Virus record (IMG/VR): IMGVR_UViG_3300030493_000012
From: a virus
DNA: 64,000 nt
Strand: one strand, 5' to 3'
Shown here: positions 58,352 to 64,000 of the stretch, piece after piece
Layout: the number at the start of each line of letters is the position of its first letter
How positions within the stretch are numbered: position 1 is the first letter of the stretch
Notes under the pieces: generated by a model
What the model saw: only the letters and a program-made list of their open reading frames with translations
What the model was told of the DNA's origin: nothing
Databases searched by the model: none
Made by a program: the position numbers and the translations under genes

Positions 58352-58787
58352 ATTCTAAGATTAGTCTTTCTCGCCGCCCAAGTCAACAGCATTTTGACAA
58401 AAATATCCAATTCCAGCAAAACTTTCCTCTTTATTCTGTAAAGTCCGAAACCAGACTTCTTTACCATTAACAAAGGTGACTTGGACAATCAGCCACAAAC
58501 ATCCAATGTATAATTTATATTGCCGACCTATTGCTGGTGTATCAATCATAATTTTATTCAATATTTTTGCACTGGCGCACAACCAACATAAAAAGTAACT
58601 GGCTTATCGCCTTTAATCTTAAAATATTTATAAGACTTTGGTTTAGAAGAGCATACGGCTGTAAGTTTTCCAAAAGGCCTATCTATAGATAAAACCTGAG
58701 TGCTAAATAAACTGTTTCGATTTTTGTTGTTGAAACAATAGATTCTGTCGCCTGTTTTTAGATTATTAAACTGTTGTTTGGTCATAA

Positions 58788-59237
58788 TTAAATAAAATTC
58801 AAAATCCAAAGTTGACTGCGGAACATTGCGTCTTTGAGCTTTTCTTTCTTAAACCACCTATAAAGCGTTATCTCAGGCAATCCAACATCTTCCGAAAATG
58901 TCGAGCATTTCAAGTTTGTTGTTAGATTGGCAATGCATGAATCTGGTAATTCTAATAAATAAACATAGACTATCTTTTCATATCTCTTTTTCTTAACGCT
59001 ATATTTGCAAAGCAATTTCTCACAATGTCGGCGGCTAATTACTTTTTTCTTCAACAAGTCGTCAATATTGATAAAACTTTCTTCAAAAAGCTCCCTCTTA
59101 GCTGTTTCAATTAAAGACTCTCCTTTATGCTGACCACCCTTAAAAATTGACCAAAATATGCTATGGAACGGTCTTCCTAAAAGGAAATAATCATTGTTTT
59201 TTACTAAATAACCGGCTGATATTTTCAAATTCTTCAC
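58788..59237 (-). CDS. NUDIX hydrolase
   Basis: G-GQHKG-E-SLIETAK-RELFEES Nudix box. Confidence 0.85.
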   Translation of the reverse strand: MKNLKISAGYLVKNNDYFLLGRPFHSIFWSIFKGGQHKGESLIETAKRELFEESFINIDDLLKKKVISRRHCEKLLCKYSVKKKRYEKIVYVYLLELPDSCIANLTTNLKCSTFSEDVGLPEITLYRWFKKEKLKDAMFRSQLWILNFI

Positions 59238-59836
59238 AATTTAACCTTAATCCAGTTGCTCTCGCTATGCCAAACCAAGCATTTCCAGCTAACAACATAT
59301 CTGTTAGGCTCAGCCACATAAAGATATTGGCGACCATTAATTTCAAAATCAACAATTTGCTCAGGAACAGCTTTTCTGGAGTAATTTTCGTACAAATATG
59401 AGGCTATTTTGTGAGTTAGTATTCTTTGGCATTTATATTTTAGTCCAGAAACAAATTCGTGCTTTTGGCTGGCTTGATAATGAGCTTGCCCTAATTCAAA
59501 ATTGAGTTTAGTTTCAGGCTCTTTAACCCAATCAAAACTTATACCATCCATTTTCTGTCCATAATACTCGCTATTGCTAACCTTATATAGCCAAAAATTC
59601 TTGTCTTCGTGAACAAAAAACTTGTGTGTAGGCTGGCAATGTGCTTTTCGCTCTTTTGTTCCGGCAATAGCCTTAAAAGTTTCCTGCCATTTTTGAGTAT
59701 AAGGCTCGACTTTTAAACATAAATGATGATAGATAAACTCAATCTCTGAAATTGACCGGCTCTTTTTTATAGCATGGCCAGCAACTCTCTCTACAGAATT
59801 CAACCAATCCATTCTTTTTTGTGAATAATCTGTCAT
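59234..59836 (-). CDS. Hypothetical protein
   Basis: 200 aa; ATGA overlap with the NUDIX gene. Confidence 0.65.
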   Translation of the reverse strand: MTDYSQKRMDWLNSVERVAGHAIKKSRSISEIEFIYHHLCLKVEPYTQKWQETFKAIAGTKERKAHCQPTHKFFVHEDKNFWLYKVSNSEYYGQKMDGISFDWVKEPETKLNFELGQAHYQASQKHEFVSGLKYKCQRILTHKIASYLYENYSRKAVPEQIVDFEINGRQYLYVAEPNRYVVSWKCLVWHSESNWIKVKL

Positions 59837-59992
59837 ATCAATGATTGCCTTTATTTTTAAACCAATCTTTTATGAAATCATAAACTAAGTAAAATCCAAT
59901 AAATCCAGTTAAGGAAAATATCAAAAATGTTGTCAATAAAACAATAATTAGTGTTTTCAATAATCTAAGTATATGGTTTTAGAACGAAAATG

Positions 59993-60409
59993 TCAACAAT
60001 ATTGTTCAATTTGGCCATTCCAATTGCTGTAATAAACACTTTTAAATGGAAAATAAGCAATCAAATTACGACAAAAATTACAAGGCCGCGCAAATGAAAC
60101 CTCATTATTTCTATTTATTCTAACATTAAAAAGAACACAGTCTTTGGTTCTAATATTAGTTAAATTTCTAAGTTTATTTATCGCAGAAAGCTCGCTACAG
60201 ACGCCCTTCCAATCAAGAATATCTTTGTTTTTGCCTCTGTTGAAATTAAGCAAATTAATAGGTGAAGTCTTGATGCTATTCTTACCAATCGAAACAACTC
60301 GGCTTTTTGACATTATAATCGAAAAATGCTGGCAACGCATTGTCGAATAAGGGTCATAAAGAGCCTTAGCAATTTCGATGCTTTTGTTAAAATTATCAAT
60401 AATAGCCAT
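59993..60409 (-). CDS. Cytidine/dCMP deaminase-like protein (CSE in place of HAE)
   Basis: H..II...VSIGKN...VCSE.SAI...RPCNFC; start refined to MAIIDN. Confidence 0.7.
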   Translation of the reverse strand: MAIIDNFNKSIEIAKALYDPYSTMRCQHFSIIMSKSRVVSIGKNSIKTSPINLLNFNRGKNKDILDWKGVCSELSAINKLRNLTNIRTKDCVLFNVRINRNNEVSFARPCNFCRNLIAYFPFKSVYYSNWNGQIEQYC

Positions 60410-60654
60410 TTTACACGATTTTCCAAATTGTTTTTGAAACGGTTTGCGGCTCAACTAGATACGCATGAAACCTATTTCCAACATCATAAAAGCAGTCTCC
60501 GAAAGCTTCTATCTTCCAAAATTTTCCAGTTTTAATTTCTTTATAGACAGCGAATCCATAATAACCATTAACCAAAAAAGTTTCATCAGCAATTTCAGTT
60601 TCTTTGGCCAGCCATTCTTTTAATTCTTTGATTGAATCAAATGTTTTGTTCATA

Positions 60655-60978
60655 TCAATAAATAGGCTCGCCGTCAGGAAAAACCCAACTTTCGGTAATA
60701 ACAACAATTTTATTTACTTTTCGTACTGTGAATTTGTTTTTATTGCCAAAATCGTGCGAATATTTTGAACCATTGTAACTATTATGCGTTTCTACCATCC
60801 AAAAAAGTCCTTCTGATTCAAAAATGTCATATCCATTTTCGTTACCGTCTTTATCGCAATGAAAATTGTAGTCAACTAATGTAGCGGTTTTAGTCCAATC
60901 AAGAAGTTCTTGTTCCGAGTAAAATATTTTATTCATGTATCCTAGAATAAACTTTCTTAACAGGCTTGTCAATACCAA
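60655..60978 (-). CDS. Hypothetical protein
   Basis: FESEGLFW...VRKV...W; start uncertain. Confidence 0.55.
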   Translation of the reverse strand: MVLTSLLRKFILGYMNKIFYSEQELLDWTKTATLVDYNFHCDKDGNENGYDIFESEGLFWMVETHNSYNGSKYSHDFGNKNKFTVRKVNKIVVITESWVFPDGEPIY

Positions 60979-61122
60979 CTCCCGCTTCTTTCAAAATTTC
61001 CCGCGCCTTAATTAACAAAATTTGTTTTTCTTTGTTTGAAAGATGGTGCTTTCGCACTTCTAATTCATCAGCAACTTGCCTAAATCTGTCCATTACTGTA
61101 TTGTATTCTTTGTTTTTCATCT

Positions 61123-61419
61123 TTAATGAGTTTTGTTGTTTCTCAAATTTGCGATTTCTTGATTTTTGGCTTTTAGCTCGGCTTGGAGGCTAATCAATTC
61201 TTTATATCGCTTATCCGAAACAATCCAAGTTTGAATTGTATTTTGTGCTTGGTCTAGTTTTTGTGTTAGTCTATTAATTTCAAAACCAGCGTCCGTTAAA
61301 TCTTGCTTTAAATCGTCAAACTTATCAGCCGCATCCATTAAATTTTTATATGTATCACTCAAATAACCAAAATTTTTCTTGGCTATTTCTCTCAAAATTC
61401 CACTAAAGTTTCTTTCCAT
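61123..61419 (-). CDS. Hypothetical coiled-coil protein
   Basis: TTGACT-N17-TATTAT-N6-ATG. Confidence 0.65.
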   Translation of the reverse strand: MERNFSGILREIAKKNFGYLSDTYKNLMDAADKFDDLKQDLTDAGFEINRLTQKLDQAQNTIQTWIVSDKRYKELISLQAELKAKNQEIANLRNNKTH

Positions 61420-61455
61420 AGTCTAATAATACATTTTCGGAACCTAAAAGTCAAC

Positions 61456-61485
61456 AAAAAAAAGAGGCATATTCCAGCCTCTCCT
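61456..61485 (-). terminator. Rho-independent terminator after hsp20
   Basis: AGAGGC-tggaatat-GCCTCT followed by T-run. Confidence 0.8.
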
Positions 61486-61506
61486 TGTCTGTTGCGGCTT
61501 AACAAT

Positions 61507-61896
61507 TTAGTTAATTAGCAACTTTTTCTTTTGAGGCTTAACGGCTAATTTTGGCACTTCGACTGTCAAAATGCCATCTTGGCATACTGCCTTTGCCTTA
61601 TCTGGCACAATATTTAGCCCAACCAAAGAGCTTTTATAGTTGTACTGATAATTCTCATTAGCCGCATTAACTACAATTTGGTTTTCGTTGACCTCAACCT
61701 CAACTTTATCCTTTGAAACGCCAGCTACATTAAATGTAAAAAGATAAGAATCAACGGTTTCCGTCATTTTTCTTACGTCCTCAAATGCTTTTCTTAGATA
61801 GTCAATGTAAGGTTTATTTGCTATTTCAAACGACTCAAGCAAAGAAATGCCGAGATTAGGATTCCAGTCTGTTCTGCCTACTAACCAGTTATTCAT
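61507..61896 (-). CDS. Small heat-shock protein (Hsp20/alpha-crystallin)
   Basis: VAGVSKDKVEVEV...AKAVCQDGILTVEVPK. Confidence 0.88.
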   Translation of the reverse strand: MNNWLVGRTDWNPNLGISLLESFEIANKPYIDYLRKAFEDVRKMTETVDSYLFTFNVAGVSKDKVEVEVNENQIVVNAANENYQYNYKSSLVGLNIVPDKAKAVCQDGILTVEVPKLAVKPQKKKLLIN

Positions 61897-61972
61897 ATTT
61901 TTTTATTCAAAACCTGCGAGTTTTGGCTTTTTGTACCACCGTGGCACAAATATCTAGCCTAGACTAGCATTG

Positions 61973-62335
61973 TTAATCTTTATTAGCAGCCGGTGTGCCA
62001 ACTAAATCGCTGTTTGGATAAGTATTTACAAAATAGGCGAGCCAATCTTGGTCTGTCATCACATCTTTATTCCAGTCTTTTTTCAAAACTAAACAATTAT
62101 AGATTTTTTCTAATATTTCCGTGCTGCCTTCGCCAAAATCAAGTTGTCCTACAGTATCGTGAAACCTATGCCCTGCAACATAGGCGGCTCTGGTATTTCC
62201 GTCATCTTCATAAGAAGCTGCAATACCGTTTAATTCGTAAGTCGTTGCGCCAAAAGCACTTTTAGCTTGATTTGTTAATTTCCCTGCTTTGGTTACAAAT
62301 CCGAAAATTTCTTCAAATAGTTCAATATGTGTCAT
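61973..62335 (-). CDS. Hypothetical protein
   Basis: ORF in dense array. Confidence 0.6.
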   Translation of the reverse strand: MTHIELFEEIFGFVTKAGKLTNQAKSAFGATTYELNGIAASYEDDGNTRAAYVAGHRFHDTVGQLDFGEGSTEILEKIYNCLVLKKDWNKDVMTDQDWLAYFVNTYPNSDLVGTPAANKD

Positions 62336-62336
62336 A

Positions 62337-62627
62337 TTATTTTTTCTTTAATTCTTCAAAATATTCAAACCAACTTAACTTAGAAAGTCTAACATATTCT
62401 CGCGCCGATTTCAAGATTTCTTTTTGGTTATTTCCAGAGGCCACAGTATGTTCTTCAACAAAATCAAAATCAATTCTTTTATTTCCATCGCTCCAATAAG
62501 AGGTTTTGTCAGCGGCGGTATTTTTATTAAATCCAATAATTACAAACTTGCGTTTTTTAAGAGGCGCGGAAATCCTAATTGTATCGCATTTTAGGATTCT
62601 TTTAAGTTTTTTCTCAAAATTAGACAT
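62337..62627 (-). CDS. Hypothetical protein
   Basis: ORF in dense array. Confidence 0.6.
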   Translation of the reverse strand: MSNFEKKLKRILKCDTIRISAPLKKRKFVIIGFNKNTAADKTSYWSDGNKRIDFDFVEEHTVASGNNQKEILKSAREYVRLSKLSWFEYFEELKKK

Positions 62628-62628
62628 T

Positions 62629-63102
62629 TTATTTATTCGTTATTGTCATAGTCCAAACCGGATTACTTAAAAACATCTGATTTGTTGTTACATAAATATT
62701 AGTGACGCCATTAGTATCAACAGCACCAAAATTATACAACTGAATTTTAGGATAAATATCAAAATTTTGTGCGCTGCTTGTATTTGCGCCAGATAAATAA
62801 AATTCTTGACCATATTCTAAGACCAGCGTTTGCTCTTTGCCTTTGTGTTTTAGCTTGACCACGGTATTTGTTTGAATATAGCCTTGAAAATTCTCAATCG
62901 GTGGATGATTAACTAAACACCCCATAACGGCACAATCATAATAAGTAGTCGAAACCTTGTGCCAGTTTGTTTGAATTTGAGTAGATAAAACTCCAACTAC
63001 AATGTTTGTTGGCGAGACTCTGTAATGGTTAGTGTCAACTTTTGGACTATTTTGAGCCGCCAAACTGACCGCTAAAAATGGTAGAATTAGGTATTTTAAC
63101 AT
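62629..63102 (-). CDS. Putative secreted protein
   Basis: Signal-like MLKYLILPFLAVSLAA. Confidence 0.6.
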   Translation of the reverse strand: MLKYLILPFLAVSLAAQNSPKVDTNHYRVSPTNIVVGVLSTQIQTNWHKVSTTYYDCAVMGCLVNHPPIENFQGYIQTNTVVKLKHKGKEQTLVLEYGQEFYLSGANTSSAQNFDIYPKIQLYNFGAVDTNGVTNIYVTTNQMFLSNPVWTMTITNK

Positions 63103-63105
63103 AAA

Positions 63106-63390
63106 TTAGATATATTTAATAACCTCAACCTTTTCTGCAAAAACTTCGATAAAAACAGGCTCATCGTATTCATAAGCCCGCTGTTCTTGACATTCCGTTG
63201 AGCCGACTGAATAATAGCTCTCAAAAAATTTGCCATCAGCAACACGCTTGACAACTATTCTTTTGACTGTTGACCACCTTGTTTGGTCGGAAAGCTCTGT
63301 TAAGACTTCCTCAAAATTCGGATTGTCATTATAAGCAATATTTCGCGCTTGGTCTTTAGTGAATGTTATTTTTTCGCGTTGTTTTTCCAT
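63106..63390 (-). CDS. Conserved phage hypothetical protein
   Basis: RWST...DGKFF...Y..GSTE.QE; start at MEKQ approximate. Confidence 0.65.
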   Translation of the reverse strand: MEKQREKITFTKDQARNIAYNDNPNFEEVLTELSDQTRWSTVKRIVVKRVADGKFFESYYSVGSTECQEQRAYEYDEPVFIEVFAEKVEVIKYI

Positions 63391-63394
63391 ATTA

Positions 63395-63607
63395 TTAAAA
63401 TCCTTCTTTTTCTGCAAATTCAAGCGCATCTTTTATTTGATTTTTATTTTTAAGAGCAAGCACCAATTGTTCTATAAGTAATTCATAGTCATCAATCTTC
63501 AAAATAGCCTCGTCAACAACTTCTTGTGCCTTTTTGTCATTATTTTCGCGCAAATAAGCCGATAGGTTATGGAGTTCCGAAAATAGCTCTGAATTTTCTT
63601 CATTCAT
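63395..63607 (-). CDS. Hypothetical protein
   Basis: ATGA overlap with upstream ORF. Confidence 0.6.
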   Translation of the reverse strand: MNEENSELFSELHNLSAYLRENNDKKAQEVVDEAILKIDDYELLIEQLVLALKNKNQIKDALEFAEKEGF

Positions 63608-63792
63608 TTTGATTTTGCCTCAATTATGCCGACCGCCGTACAAACTAACAAAACAACCATAAGAATAACTCCATTTGAACCAAATTTACTATGAATAAAC
63701 ATAAAACCCTGAGAAACAAGAATGGCCAAAAAATAAATACAAATTATGATAGCCAATCCAATAGAAAAACCTTTTATAAATTTCTTAATCAT
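63604..63792 (-). CDS. Small two-TM membrane protein
   Basis: Two hydrophobic segments. Confidence 0.6.
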   Translation of the reverse strand: MIKKFIKGFSIGLAIIICIYFLAILVSQGFMFIHSKFGSNGVILMVVLLVCTAVGIIEAKSK

Positions 63793-64000
63793 AGATTTTT
63801 AACAAAAACCACAATATCAGGTATATTCTTAAATTCCTTAAAAATACTGTGCCGCGCACTTTCTAATACTAAAACATAATCATCTTTGTATTTTAAAACC
63901 CTCCAAAAACCACATTCAGCAGTGTGTAGCTCGCCAATTTCAAGATTATTCATTCTTTCTAAATCCAAAGAAGTTGGCGAGTAGTCTGGTTTGTTTTCGG

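Noticed and set aside
61897-61975. CIRCE (HrcA) operator upstream of hsp20
   Set aside because: Only a short CTAG-rich inverted repeat is present, not TTAGCACTC-N9-GAGTGCTAA.
1-64000. Stop-codon recoding as an explanation for the many short ORFs
   Set aside because: Long conserved genes are intact in code 11, TAA, TGA and TAG all end genes, and the short ORFs have their own promoters.

Overview
This window is a 64-kb, AT-rich segment of a large tailed-phage genome read in the standard genetic code. It is almost entirely an early/accessory region of more than 100 short ORFs, nearly all on the minus strand. The plus-strand exceptions are a block at 3.6-7.7 kb, three free-standing endonuclease genes and an IS200/IS605 element. 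Recognisable products (from motifs, no database searches run): five tandem YopX proteins, rIIA and rIIB (split and in reversed order), a RuvB-like AAA+ ATPase, a DRB0094-type RNA ligase, a beta-class DNA methyltransferase, GP88, Hsp20, NUDIX, a deaminase-like protein, cupin, DUF4326, a lysozyme-like protein, GIY-YIG, LAGLIDADG and PD-(D/E)XK endonucleases, TnpA/TnpB, and three or four atypical or degenerate tRNA-like genes. The most unusual content is regulatory. About 50 genes checked by hand carry their own sigma70-type promoter (TTGACW-N17-NANNNT) placed so that the ATG sits at the predicted +1, implying leaderless mRNAs. The -35 box often contains the upstream gene's TGA stop. Superimposed on this are a fixed-position box near -61 (TTGCTCTCGCT), a pervasive TTTCGGA/TCCGAAA motif, two palindromic operator-like families, a second promoter class (GTGTAA-N8-ATG) used by the antisense selfish genes, and several promoter-driven structured non-coding RNA candidates. 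The host cannot be assigned from this window.
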